From the NCBI RefSeq assembly GCF_006345805.1, contig NC_043015.1:40796001-40860000 (forward strand): a stretch of 64,000 nucleotides of DNA, given 5' to 3'. The notes beneath the pieces are model-generated. The model saw nothing but the letters and a program-made list of their open reading frames with translations, was not told the DNA's origin and did not search any database. This DNA is from Octopus sinensis. Taxonomy: Eukaryota. Below, one piece after another: positions 11,180-25,062 of the stretch. Each line of letters opens with the position of its first letter. The stretch's first letter is position 1. Both the position numbers and the translations under genes were made by a program.

Positions 11180-11740
11180 TCTGGAATTTCAGGGGGAAGG
11201 GGATGAGTCGATTACATCGACCCCAGTGTATAACTGGTGTTTATTTTATAAACTCTGAAACGATGAAAGTCAAAGTCGACCTCGGTGGAATTTGGACTCA
11301 GAACTTAAAGACGAACGAAATGCCTATTTCTTTACTACCCACAAGGGGCTAAACACAGAAGGGACAAACAAGGACAGACGAACGGATTAAGTCGATTACA
11401 TCGACCCCAGCGCATAACTGGTGCTTAATTTATCGACCCCGAAATGATGAAAGGCAAAGTCGACCTCGGCGGAATTTGAACTCAGAACGTAACGGCAGAC
11501 GAAATACCTATTTCATTACTACCCAAAAGTGGCTAAACACAGAGGGGACAAACAAGGACAGACAAACGGATTACGTCGATTATATCGACCCCCGTGTGTA
11601 ACTGGTACTTATTTAATCGACCCCGAAAGGATGAAAGGCAAAGTCGACCTCGGTGGAATTTGAACTCAGAACGCAACGGCGGACGAAATGCCGCTAAGCA
11701 TTTGTTCGGGGTGCTAACGATTCTGCCAGCTCGCTGCCTT
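11180..11740 (-). mobile_element. Tandem multimer of SINE family D (184-bp unit)
   Basis: Repeated GAGTTCAAATTCCGCCGAGGTCGACTTTGCCTTTCATCCTTTCGGGGTCGAT core; junctions at 11317 and 11501. Confidence 0.85.
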
Positions 11741-12026
11741 GGGGTTTACCAAAATAACCCCCACCTTTCTCTTTTACACCCAAGAGACGTTCCACCCGCA
11801 TTATTTTATTTTTTTATGTGTGAATATTATTATTCGTGTTTTGAGCACAACGTTAAACGATAAACAATGGTGATGCTCCAGCTTGGGAGTTCGTGAATTT
11901 GGGGAAAGTGTGGGAGTTACCCCTTAGTCACCACTTTTCTGAGGTCCGCTCAGTTCTGGGATTGTCGTATTTGTGAAGGAACCGGCAAGAGAGCCAAATA
12001 GCAAGAGATGGTTCTATGTTTAGGGC

Positions 12027-12190
12027 GGAGTGGCTGTGTGGTAAGTAGCTTGCTTACCAACAACATGGTTTCGGGTTCAGTCCCACTGCGTAGCACCTTG
12101 GGCTAGTGTCTTCTACTATAGCCTCGGGCCAACCAAAGCCTTGTGAGTGGATTTGGTAGATGGAAACTGAAAAAGCCTATTGTATATATG

Positions 12191-12268
<78 letters not shown>

Positions 12269-12481
12269 TGTATGTATGTATGTGTTTGTCCCCACCAACA
12301 TCGCTTGACAACCGATGCTGGTGTGTTTACGTCCCCGTAACTTATCGGTTCGGCAAAAGACACCGATAGAATAAGTACTAGGCTTACAAAGAATAAGCCC
12401 TGGGGTCGATTTGCTCGAATAAAGGCGGTGCTCCTGCATGGCCGCAGTCAAATGACTGAAACAAGTAAAAGAGTAAAAGAG
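12027..12481 (+). mobile_element. tRNA-derived SINE, family A, with internal (TA)n/(TATG)n and (AGTAAAAG)n tail
   Basis: Head GGAGTGGCTGTGTGGTAAG...GGGTTCAGTCCC and CACCTTGGGC core. About 20 full or partial copies in the window, e.g. 8045-8310 -, 16291-16445 +, 21693-22090 +, 31488-31645 +, 33190-33690 -, 49010-49330 -, 57932-58375 -, 61660-61930 +. Confidence 0.9.
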
Positions 12482-12766
12482 TATATATGTGTGTACCCGC
12501 GGGTGTATGTGTGTGTATTTGTTCATGTATACACATATACACTAGATGAGTGAGACTTCGTATATATATATATAATTAACGCAACCAAACTTCTACATGT
12601 TACTTTTGACAATCTTTTTTCCAAAGAGTGAAACCGGTAAAGTAAATAAACATCTTTTAAATTGCATTTTCAAACCTTCTTTCGTATATAATTCCACTCG
12701 TGCGGTACTCCACAACTCCACTTTGTTATATATATATATATATATATAATATATATATTATATATA

Positions 12767-12811
<45 letters not shown>

Positions 12812-13256
12812 CCAGGCATATTTTCTCGACTAATAAAAACTAAAATGCAAAACCCAAAAATGAAAAAAAGAAATATATTAAGAAGAAAAAAAAGAAGCGA
12901 GATTAGGCTAAGTGTTAACAATAAACAATCAGATTGGGTTGACTAGGTATTCAATTTATAAGATAACTACGATATTAGAATCACTCACTATCACCGATGC
13001 CACGCTCTCGTCAGTTACGCTTGCTGGCGAGATGCTAAAATACCTGTTTATAAACAATATAACAATTAGTTACATGATGTTGGCAGCTGTCGTGGTCGTT
13101 AGTAAATTCATAGATTACATTGGTTGACTGAAATATCCAGAGCACTGGATAAAACTCTTTCTTGTACTTACTCATGCCTGTCTTCGTTCTGAGTTCGAAT
13201 CCCACAGATATCTATTTTCTTTTCTGTGGTGCTGATAGAAATTTTAAGAAATAAAA

Positions 13257-14060
13257 GGCGGCGAGCTGGCAGAGTCGTTAGCACGCCGGGTGAAATGCTT
13301 AACGGTATTTCGTCTGCCGTTACGTTCTGAGTTCAAATTCCGCCGAGGTCGACTTTGCCTTTCATCATTTCGGGGTAGATAAATTAAGTACCAGCTACGT
13401 ACTGGGGTCGATGTAATCGACTTAATACCTATGTCTGTCCTTGTTTGTCCCTTCTGTGTTTAGCCCCTTGTGGGTAATAAAGAAATAGGTATTACGTCTG
13501 CCGTTACGTTCTGAGTTCAAATTCCACTGAGGTCAACTTTGCCTTTCATCCTTTCGGGGTCGATTAAATAAGTACCAGTTACGCACTGGGGTCGATATAA
13601 TCGACTTAATCCGTTTGTCTGTCCTTGTTTGTTCTCTCTCTGTTTAGCCCCTTGTGGGTAGTAAAGAAATAGAAATAGTATTTTGTCTGCCGTTACGTTC
13701 TGAGTTCAAATTCCGCCGAGGTCGACTTTGCCTTTCATCCTTTCAGGGTCGATATAATCGACTTAATCCGTTTGTCTGTCCATGTTTGTCCTCTCTGTGC
13801 TTAGCCCATTGTGGGTAGTTAAGAAATAGGTATTTTGTCTGTCGTTATGTTCTGAGTTCAAATTCCGCCGAGGTCGACTTTGCCTTTCATCCTTTCAGGG
13901 TCGATAAATTCCGCCGAGGTCGACTTTGCCTTTCATCCTTTCAGGGTCGATAAATTAAGTACCAGTTACGCACTGGGGTCGATATAATCGACTTAATACC
14001 TTTGTCTGTCTTTGTTTGTCCCATCTATGTTTAGCCCCTTGTAAGCAATAAAGAAATAAG
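13257..14060 (+). mobile_element. Tandem multimer of SINE family D (one full head plus 3-4 head-truncated units)
   Basis: Head GGCGGCGAGCTGGCAGAGTCGTTAGCACGCCGGG; later units joined at AAAGAAATAGG|TATT(T/A). Confidence 0.88.
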
Positions 14061-14415
14061 ACATTTTTAAAAAGTTAACAAACACTGCGGTACCTGCTTA
14101 CATATACTTGGACTGGACTGTTGACATTTCTTGGTCACAGACACAGTACAATGAACTCTACCGCACTGTGGTGCCTACTTACAGCTAGGTAGACTGCTGT
14201 AATATATTTGTTAGATTGGTGAATCTCTTATTATGGTAAAGTATTGCCATCATCTGAAGAATTATCTGAGATATTTGCTTTGAGTGAAGAACTAGGATAT
14301 CTTCGTGACAAGTCTTTGGTATCTGTGTTTTCTAAATGTCTGTGAGTCGCAGCATGATCATGAAAATGTCAGCATTGTAGCGACATTGGTATTACAACAC
14401 GTGCATACACACACA

Positions 14416-14464
<49 letters not shown>

Positions 14465-14741
14465 GCACGCACACACGATTCAAGGAGAGCTCTTCAAAAC
14501 TAGCTCGACCTACCAGAAATAGCAACCAAAATCTTTTTAAATCGCAATATTTTGATAAGGAAGGATACATTGAAAAATATAGTCCCAGATACACTATGCC
14601 TAAAAAAATGCCTAATATATCTATAACTAACAGACGAAACGGTCCAGTCTGTGTAGCTTTATATAGGGAAGAGTTCATCTATCTATAAATAGGTACCACA
14701 ATGTGGTACAGTCCATTGCATTGAGTCCATGACTAAGACCA

Positions 14742-14777
<36 letters not shown>

Positions 14778-15405
14778 CAGCAGCAGCAGTAGTAGTAGGA
14801 ATAGTACTACTACACAAACCACTACGCCACTAGTGTATTACTACCACTGCTGTACACTACTCTATACACCAATAACACCACTACCGTTATATTCTGCCAC
14901 CGTTGCACACCATCCAGCCACCACCTCTACCCCCTGCTATACAAACCTGTAATCAGGGTGGCTTATGAGGGTGGAATTAGATCCATTTCTACAATACCGT
15001 GTTGTCGAAGAATTAGTTTGTGAGAGTTCGTTGTTTACCGGGTGGAAGAGAGAGAAGAGGGAAAAGAGAGAAGATAGAAGAAAGATAGGTGTGAGGCAGT
15101 TCAATTAATAATGAAAAAGAGATAGAAAAGGAAAGCAAACAGACAGACAGACATACAAATAAATAAATAGATAGAAGGATTGGTGGTAAAGCGAGAGGTG
15201 TTAATGAGAAAGATAAATATGCGTTAACAGAAAGGAATAAAGCAGCGAAGAACAAAGAAAGATAGCAATAATAATAATAACAACAGCGAAAGCAGTAAGC
15301 AAACCAACAACAACAAAAAAGCAGCCACACTGTATTAGAAGAAGTAGAAATGAAATAGATAATGAAAGATAAGTAGAAAAAAAATTGGTTGGTGGCAGAC
15401 GATCG

Positions 15406-15417
15406 CAAAATGGCGGC
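15406..15417. promoter_or_regulatory. YY1/Pho-type motif CAAAATGGCGGC in a TE-free stretch
   Basis: Matches the AANATGGCGGC consensus; motif evidence only. Confidence 0.3.
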
Positions 15418-16973
15418 CTCTTCACAAAAATAGTTTTGCTATCTTCTCCGATTTCTTTAGTATTTTTACCTTTCTTTTCTGTCCAGAAAAAACAAACAAT
15501 CATCGAAAAACGAAATCAAGAATTCGTGTAGTATTTAAGAAATCTCAACACTTAACGTTGAGTAGAAGAGTAAGTTTACAAGAGTATTTCTGCAATTTGA
15601 TTCTACACCATCGCCGCTCTGATAATTCGTTTGAATATAATATTCCTAGTAATTCAACAGTATATAACAACACTAACAATTCCATTACCATCACAGACAA
15701 TAACTACACCATCAACAGACGACATCCATTCCTCTTCCTTGCGGTATATGCCCTTTTCCTCGTACATCAAATCGTGTACTGAAATACTTCAACTAAGCTT
15801 TCCTTCCTAAGACACTTTCTCCATTCCTCCTTTCCACCTTCTGCAACAACATTCCTGACAATATTTTTAATTTCTTTTTTACCTTTCTTTCACCAACCAC
15901 TAACGAGAGAATTAATTACTTAAATTATCAACATTAAGGGGAGTCAATACCTTGGAAAAGAAGCGCGACGACTGGCTGAGTTGCTATAGTACTAGACTAC
16001 TAGCTTAAGAAATCTTACGTTCGAATGGAATTAACGTCAAGTTTTCTTCCTTTTTTTTTTACCTTAGCTGAGAGAAGGAAAAGAGAGACCCCTTTACTGA
16101 GCCTCCGAGTTTACTAGGGAAATAGGGAAAGATTCCTAGGTTGAAGAATCTGAAGAGGGAAAGGCAACAGAATTAAGATATTCATCGAAGCGTTAAACTA
16201 ATGCCATATTTGTCAAACTTTGCTCTTCCTGGATCGTCCTTTTTAATGTTTGATGTCTTTACACTCGCTCGCGCGCGACCAGGCATATGTAGGAGTGGCT
16301 GTGGAGTAAGAGGTTTCCTTCCCACCCACGTGATTCCGGGTTCAGTCCCACTGTGTCGCACCTTACTCAAGCATCTACTGTAACCCCAGGCCAACCAAAG
16401 CCTTGTGGGTAGATTTAGTAGACGAAACTGAAATAAGCCCATTGTACACACACGCACACACACACAAACGCACACACACGCACACATACATACACACATA
16501 CATATATGGCTATGCTGTTGTAGATACAACATGTTCTTTGTCTATCTCTTTAACTTCTTGGAGATTTTAGGTATAATTATACTAATGTGCCCATCTGTTC
16601 TAATTTAATAAAATTCTATGTCTTTATGCAGCTGAAGATTACTCTACATTATAAATTGATGTAATGATTACATTGTTCAATTAAATGGAGCTGCATGAAA
16701 CGATCGTACTGCATTACCTCTGGATATCCATGTTGCTTATTTTGATTATATATATAGTTCCGTGTGTGTGTGTATGTGTGTAGCCGTTACGAATGCTGGT
16801 TGACTTCTTAGGTTACGCTTGATCTCGTAGAAAGAAAGATGGAGAAAGAGTAACAGTAAGAAACAAAAAAGACATAACATAATAGATGCAGGGCGAATAC
16901 AGATACTAGGCCTGGTGGCAGGCAATAAGTAAAGGAACTTTCTTCAAACCCCCTCCACACATACACACACACA

Positions 16974-17004
<31 letters not shown>

Positions 17005-17310
17005 TACACAAGGTGAGAGAGAAAGAATTATAAAGACAGAAGGAGGAAATAAAAGAATAGCTAAGGGGGGAATTATAGAAATGAGAAACTTGTTTAATTT
17101 GTTTAATATTCAGAGAATAAATAGTTTTCTTTTGAATAATAATATTCATTTCATCATTTTGTATCAGCAGCAAGAAATTTGATAAAATTCAAAGTATAAT
17201 TATTGTATGTATTGCCATATTTCTTTTATAATATCAATGGTGGCAAAAATATTCTTCCAGAGTTATCCGCCATCTTATATGACGGATAACACCGTGTATG
17301 TATAAATATG

Positions 17311-17526
17311 CAGTAATACCTGGACTATCGCGGGTGTTACGCTCCAAAACCCACCGCGATAGATGAAAAATCCGCGAAGTAGAAATAGTATTGTACTGTA
17401 TATTTTTTTTGAAATATTTTAATATATTTATTTTATTATAAATGCAAAGCAACACCACGGAGGAATCGACGTAATCTTAAATAATAATCCGTGATAAGTG
17501 AACCGCGATATGGCGAGGGATTACTG
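17311..17526. mobile_element. Tigger-like MITE
   Basis: TIRs CAGTAATACCTGGACTATCGCGG / CCGCGATATGGCGAGGGATTACTG; decayed relative at ~32517-32990. Confidence 0.7.
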
Positions 17527-18590
17527 TATGTATATACACACACAAAAACTATATATATATTATACATACATGATGATGATGATGATGGTCTTTCGTATTC
17601 CGAGAAAGACGATTCTGCGATTCCTTGCAGAACAAGCTGTACAAATGATTTGTTTCGAGTGATCGAATGTACGTGCTATCTGTTAGCTCACTCTCTCCAT
17701 CCAATAAACATCAGCTGAATATCCCTCCATTCCAGGATTGAAACCACGACGTCGTGATCGCGAGTTCAACGCCTTAACCACTTGGCCATACATTCTTGCA
17801 TAGATATACCTTTTGCATGTATACACACACACACACAATATATATATATATATATATATATAATAATAATAAAATATTAGGGAATAAATCCAAACTTACA
17901 GGGAAAAAACCAGATTTAGGATTGAATCCAATTTTATAGTAAAATATTATATTATATTAAATTAGAGATTGGCTTAAGTTTTTCATTGTATGATTTGCCT
18001 AATAGTGATTTTATCTCTAATTTAATATAATATATATATATATATATTTCTCGCCCCTCCTTAATTCTTCTGTCCCTCCGCCTCTCTCTCTCTTCTCTCC
18101 CCATGTGACCGGTGTTCGGCCAAGCCTGATCTTTCTTTCTCGGTTCGGCCGCCGTTCGTGCAACATCAATATTCCTCTCTGTGCCTGTGAACTCTTGTTT
18201 CCCGACCGTAAGGCTTTATTTCTACACACGCCAGCTTAATTCAATTCGTCCTTAGTCGAAAGACGCCTGTTGTTATGTCCTGTTAGAATTATTATTTTTA
18301 TTGTATTTGTGTAACATTCTCCGTTTTTCCTCCTTGTTTTCGTATACATTCGCTGCTTTCTTCCAAGGAATCTAATGCTCTTAGCTTAGTTTTTCCTTAG
18401 GGCAGGCCAGATTGGAGCAATCTCGAGTATAACCAGCCGAAATTGCAAAGATAATCTGGAACTCGACTGAGGAAAGAAAACTCCGAATGACACGTCCTTG
18501 TTTTCTTTGTATCGTCTATCTGGATGTTTTGTTGTCCCTTTTTTGTATCACCTAACTGTCTGGATGTCTTGCGCTCTGGTCCCATTTTGC

Positions 18591-18660
<70 letters not shown>

Positions 18661-20424
18661 AATACCTAAGATACAACAAAATCCCAAATTAACACTACCG
18701 TAAAGTAAGAATGAGAGGGAGACTCTACGATGGCTTTAAAGGAAGACAGGACATCCCAGCAACAGTAGCAGCAGATAAAATACTGAAACGCGGGAGAGAA
18801 AACAGCAAAAGGAACCGAAAAGTTAGAGTTTGTATTAGAGAGAGAGATGGGGGGATGTGTGTGTATGTGTGCAAGAGAAGATGTATATGCGTATGAAGGA
18901 GAATGTAAGTGGTGTCTATGTGTGTCAGAGAAAGATAAAGAATTTATGGGGAGTAAGAGAGACTATGCATGAGAGGGATAGAGATAGAGAGAGAGAGAGA
19001 AAGAGAGAGAGCGTGTGTGTGTGTGTGTGTGTGAACGATAGAAATATGAAAAGTTTGAGAGAGAAAGAGAGAGAGACTGTGTATGAGAAAGAGGGAGAGT
19101 GTTTGTAAGAGAGGAGAGAGAGAGAGACTATGTGCCATTGAACCTAACACTTCATAAAACAATTATAAATACGAAACAACTTCAAACATTTTGCTCGACT
19201 CTCAAACTGACTGAAGCAGACGATAACTGGGTTTCTTGTATAAATTTCTTTGTGTTCTAAAACTACTTTCATGTGAGTAAAAGCCTGCTTAAGTAGAACA
19301 GACACATGTGATGGACAAAGGGTTGAGTTGGCAATCAGCCTCAGAGAATTTTATATCAACTTGAAGTGCTTTATCAATCATGGAACTTTCCAGTCGATGT
19401 TAAACCGTTCACATCTGCTGGCAGCCAATTGTAATTGCTTCTATATGTAACTGTTCCAGTTGTAGATACTATTGTATTATGGAAAATATAATTATAGCTA
19501 ACTATAAACTCGGTGAACTCAAGAGCAGACGGTAACGTCATCTAGACTTTGTGGGCTACATTTGTCCGATATCTCAGAATGTTCATGACATACAGTGAAT
19601 TAAAGAGAGATGAGGAGAAATATCTGGGCGAACTGGGCGGGATGCTAACGTTAGGGAGACAGAGCTTATGAAAATACAAAGCGATGGTTCTGGCCCCACC
19701 ATGATCGAAATTCACATGGTGAAACGAAACATGGAGTCTACGTTCAAGTGAGACTTGATTATAAGCCAGTGAAGCCTTCAACAAAAATATGTCTGAAAGA
19801 TAAAGGCTCTTTCCAGACATTAACCCTTTACACTTGTCATTATTACGCTGGTATCTGGAACAGAAATTAACAAAATTCCAACAAAAGATTTTTATTTAAA
19901 TCATTTTAAAAACAGGAAGCTTATATCACAGAACCAGGGAGTGGTTTCAGACAGGATGTAACCAAAAGAGTTGTAATGGAGCCGAATTATGGCCATTCAA
20001 CACAAATGTCCTCAGAAAATTTTAAGCATTCGCGAAAAGGCTTCAAGAACAACAACTTAAACCCCAAAATAAATCTTTATCGTCTCACTTTGAATGTGAA
20101 ATTTGTTTTTCCGGTGGTTTTTTATGTATTTTGAACGAATTACATTGTTTTGCAATGGGGACAGATGACTGCTCTCGGTAGAACACCAAGAGAACGTAAA
20201 ATGTGAAGGTTCTCGCTGTTAATCACATAGGAAACAGTAATTGCAGCAGTAGACAGAAGACCATTCCAGTATTCCAAATTATGAAAACAGCATTTCTTAT
20301 GCGACGAGCTGGCAGAAACGTTAGCGCGCCGGAAAAAATTTCGTTCGTTTTGAGTTCAAATTCCACCGAGGTCGATTTTGCCTTTCATCTTTTCGGGGTC
20401 GATAAATTAAGTACCAGTTGAGTA

Positions 20425-20822
20425 GGAGTGGCTGTGTGGTAAGCAGCTTGCTTACCAACCACATGGATCCCGGTTCAGTCCCACTGCGTGGCACCTTGGG
20501 CAAGTGTCTTCTACTATAGCCTCGGGCCGACCAAAGCCTTGTGAGTGTATTTCGTAGCAGGAAACTGAAAGAAGCCCGTCGTATATACGTATATATATAT
20601 GTATGTGTCTGTGTATGTTTGTGTGTCTATGTTTGTCCTCCCAACATCGCTTCACAACCGTTGCTGGTGTGTTTACGTCCCCGTAACTTAGCGGTTCGGC
20701 AAAAGAGACCGATAGAATATGTACTAGGCTTCCAAAGAATAAGTCCTGGGGTCGATTTGCTCGACTAAAGGCGGTGCTCCAGCATGGCCACAGTCAAATG
20801 ACTGAAACACGTAAAAGAGTAA
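20425..20822 (+). mobile_element. SINE family A inserted into a family D SINE (20303-20420 resumes at ~20840)
   Basis: Full family A consensus from head to AGTAAAAGAG tail. Confidence 0.85.
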
Positions 20823-21090
20823 AAAAAGAGAGAGAGAGTAGTGGAGTCAATGTAATCCACTTATCCTTCCCCAGAACTTGCTGGTCTTGTGCTAAAATTC
20901 GAAACCGGTAACAATACAAACCCAGTGGGGCGAGCTGGCAGAATCGTTAGCGCGTCAAACAAAATGCATAGCGGCGTTTCTTCTAACTCATAATGTTCTG
21001 AGTTCAAATTCCACCGAGGTCGACTCTACCTTTCATTCTTTAGGGAGTTGATGAAGTAAGTACCAGTCAAATACTGGGATCGATATATAT

Positions 21091-21137
<47 letters not shown>

Positions 21138-22519
21138 TGAGATTCCTTGCAGTTTCCGTCTACCAAATTCACTGAAAGGCATTGATCATCCTGGGACTAC
21201 ATACAGCAGAAGGTACTTGGCCAGAGAGCCAAACGGTGAAACTGAAACCGAAACCACGCGATTACGAAGCGAGTCTTTGACATGTTTTGCTTGAATAAAA
21301 GACAGGGTAGTCATGGTTGGAACGTCTCTAATATGTTTTCTTCCTTAGGACTGACCTGGTGTTTAAATATGAATAAGAAAGAAGACCACATCGAATGGTG
21401 TAATCCAAGATACACTGTGTGCAATTGTCATGGTTGGAATATTTTTGATCGTAGGACTGGTTGCTCAGGACTGACCTAGGGCTAAACACCACCACCACCA
21501 CCATTACCATTATCATACCCACCAGCACAACTATTTCTACCACCACCACCACCACCGCACCCGCTACGAGGAAAACATGTAATATGTTAAAAGGGAGTAA
21601 ATTATATTAATACACGGAATGTAGAACAAGCGGATCCCGAAAACCCAGTCTTCAGTAATGTGACAGAACTAATGAGTAACGATACAGATACTCCGGGTTC
21701 AGTCCCACTGCGTGGTATCTTGGGCAAGTGTCTTCTGCTGTAGCCTCGGGTCGACCACAGCCTTGTGAATGGATTTGGTAGACGGAAACTGAAAGAAGCC
21801 CGTCGTATATATGTGTGTGTGTGTGTGTGTGTGTGCATACGTGTGTGTGTGTGCATACGTGTGTGTGTGCATACGTGTGTGTGTGTTTGTCCCCCCCCCC
21901 CCCCAACATCGCTTGACAACAGATGCTGATGTGTTTACGTCCCCGTAACTTAGCGGTTCGGCAAAAGAGAACCGATAGAATAAGTACTAGGCTTATAAAG
22001 AATAAGTGCTGAGGTCGATTTGCTCGACTAAAGGCGGTGCTCCAGCATGGCCACAGTCAACTGACTGAAACAAGTAAAAGAGTAAAAGAGTGTATCCTTT
22101 TAAAATAGCATTCCTGGAAAACCCGAGAAGATTGAATCAAATATGTCGAGTAGAGGCTTCCATACTTTATACAGCCTCTTTCACTGACATACGATGGTCG
22201 GTGTAAGCGGAAAACTTGTCCCTAAAATATTTACGATTGATGAGTAAGAGAATAATTATAAAGAAGATTTTAGTAAATATCTGCATTTCTTAACAAAAAT
22301 ATAAAATGATCATTTAACAAAAATATTTGCGTAAATATTGAAGGAACGGTCGAGCGAGTTAGTAAACTAAGCATGGCTGTATGTGTGTCTGTGCGCGTAC
22401 CGCTGTTAAGAGTTTAATGGAGATGGTGGGGCTTCTGGCAAGGGAGTTAACTTCCTATAAGGTACATAACTCAAGGTATACTCAACCATTTGTTAAATTA
22501 ATATCGTTCATATGAGAGT

Positions 22520-23117
22520 ACCTATTTCTTTACTACCCACAGGGGGCCAAACACAGAGGGGACAAACAAAGACAGATAAATGGATTAAGTCGATTACATC
22601 GACCCCAGTACGTAACTGGTACTTAATTTATCAACCCCGAAAGGATGAAAGGCAAAGTCGACTTCAGCGGAATTTGAACTCAGAACGTTGCGGCAGACGA
22701 AATACCTATTTCTTTACTACCCACAAGGGGCTAAACACAGAGGGGACAAACAAGTACAGACAGATGGATTAAGTCGATTACATCGACCCCAGTACGTAAC
22801 TGGTACTTAGTTTATCGACCCCGAAAGGACGAAAGGCAAAGTTGACCTCGGCGGAATTTGAACTCAGAATGTTGCGACAGACGAAATACCTATTTCTTTA
22901 CGACCCACAGGGGGCTAAACACAGAGGGGACAAACAAGGACAGACATAGGTATTAAGTCGATTACATCGACCCCAGTGCGTAACTGGTACTTAATTTATC
23001 GACCCCGAAAGAATGAAAGGCAAAGTCGACCTCGGCGGAATTTGAACTCACAACATAACGCAGACGAAATACGGCTACGCATTTCGCCCGGCGTGCTAAC
23101 GCTTCTGCCAGCTCGCA
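22520..23117 (-). mobile_element. Tandem trimer of SINE family D immediately upstream of NDUFA11
   Basis: Junction GAAATACCTATTTCTTT at 22699 and 22883 (184-bp period); full head at the right end. Confidence 0.88.
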
Positions 23118-23307
23118 TAAATCTGCTACAAAAGAGTTGCTTTTCGCTTCTATGGGCTTTAAATAAGGGAAGTAACTAAGGTTAACCTTTTCATAGCAAG
23201 GGAGGCAATCGCCGCCCACTTACTGATGCATTGTGGTTAAAGTGAGAGAAGGTCATCACCACTCGTCCTTCCTGAAGCGGGGATCGAAACCCGTCGAACT
23301 CCTCAAA

Positions 23308-23437
23308 ATGCCGTTTGAATCGGGTGAAGACAGGATTGTATTCAAGAGAAGCCTAGCGCCAGATCTCTTCTCCACACCTGACGGTGAGGATATACTGATG
23401 AAAAGCCTGCAGAGCAGCGCCTTTGGTGCTTATGTCG
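23308..23437 (+). CDS. NDUFA11: NADH dehydrogenase (ubiquinone) 1 alpha subcomplex subunit 11, exon 1
   Basis: AAAATG start; MPFESGEDRIVFKRSLAPDLFSTPDGEDILMKSLQSSAFGAYVG with the PDGED motif typical of invertebrate NDUFA11; donor G|GTGAGT, phase 1. Confidence 0.88.
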
Positions 23438-23525
23438 GTGAGTGTGGCTCAGTCGCGGTTATTTGGTGTCCAAATGTGACTTTCTTTCAGTGCCAGAAAT
23501 GTTTACATACATACATGTATATGCG

Positions 23526-23567
<42 letters not shown>

Positions 23568-23884
23568 TTCGTTTCTCGTTGTATTCTACGTTTGTTTTTT
23601 TTTTGTTTTTTGTCCTGTACCCGTATATGCATGTATATATACATATAGATGTAGGTATGTATATGTATGTATGTATGCATATGTTTTATTTATTAATTGT
23701 TATTATATATATATAAATATGATAGGGCACAGAAAGTGTGTCAATAGCCAGCTGAAGAAGATGTCCTCCTGGGGCTACAAGCTACAGTAGCATCCACCCT
23801 TAATGTTAGCCACATTTAGGTGGCAAATATGCATCACATTGTCGTGCAGCTATTGTTTATACCTCGCTCAGAGATTTTTTATTG

Positions 23885-23940
<56 letters not shown>

Positions 23941-24551
23941 ATATATATAGGTATTTATGTATGTGTATAGTTTTTATGACCGGGTCAAACGCTTTAGTTT
24001 GACCTGTGTAAAGGAGAGAATTAAACGACAGGTGAGACTTCGAAGTCACTGTTTTCTTTTGTAGATATTGATTTGAATTTTACTTAAATGTATGCGTAAT
24101 CTTCCTTGACTATAAATCATGCATAAAACGTGTGTGTGTGTGTCCAGCTTAACGCCTATGCATAAAAAATGCATTCACATCACAACTTCTTTCCACCGTT
24201 CCCTTATAAAAATGTTTTATGTACATTATTTATAGTCATGATTTGAAAACTTCTCAGATAACACACACGCTTGTATATATAGACACATGTGTAGGAAATT
24301 CAATTGAAAATAATAATAATAATGAAATCATTGTATACAGTGCTCAGGTGCACCACAACTTGTCAAAAGTACGTATAAAGCATCTGCAGTGATGTACAAA
24401 TTGTAGTAATATTCTAATGTAATCAAACATGTGGCATGGAATGTGATAGAATGAACAACAGTTGTGGCCACAGTGAATTGTGCTGCTTCCCTGTTGAGTG
24501 GGGAGGTGGGCCACATCCAATGATGCTTTCAGATTCGTATTTATAGCCATG

Positions 24552-25062
24552 GTAGTAGTAGGATTCATAGAAGAAATTTCATGGGAATATTGAATTCACA
24601 AGTGGTCCCCGACATCCTGCATGCACATCCCGAGTGATGGGACACCCTGTTTGCCATGGAGTCTCCACAGTTGCAGGGACAGAATGACCTTGAAGCCGCC
24701 GGTTGCCAATCAGACGCCTCTTGGAATTTTCACCATTGGCCAAGCTGCGGCCCTAGTACTGCTCGGTGCCAGACCAATCCGCCTCGGGTGGTCCTACCAG
24801 GAACTGAAGTTCCAGACGGCATAGCTCTGACACTGCCCGTTTACGTCATCCTATCGCTTTGAGGAGGGGTTGGACTTTAGGGTAGATAAAGGAGGACTTC
24901 TCTGAACTCTCAGGTCCGCAGATGGAACCACGAATGGCTCACTATCTCCAGTGACCTCGCACAGGACCGTCGAGTGTGGGCCACCATGGTTCGTGATGGC
25001 GTCAGGACCCGAGGAGAAGCTGGCTCAACCCACCCTGGGTGAAACCCGTCACAAGTACGAGT
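24552..25062 (+). mobile_element. Non-autonomous RTE derivative (5' UTR-like region fused to ORF 3' end), copy 1
   Basis: Shares sequence with 29202-29800; DLAQDRRVWATMVRD remnant; CAAGTA tail. Confidence 0.75.

Noticed and set aside
16040-16075. 5-nt microexon CAG|CTAAG|GTA on the minus strand
   Set aside because: No host gene identified and the donor is weak; cannot be supported
19540-19820. Possible coding exon
   Set aside because: Multiple stops; only a faint ETWSL resemblance to a decayed RTE reverse transcriptase
23233-23790. 185-aa single-exon ORF
   Set aside because: Only 23308-23437 is coding (NDUFA11 exon 1); the rest reads through a donor site into (TA)n intron
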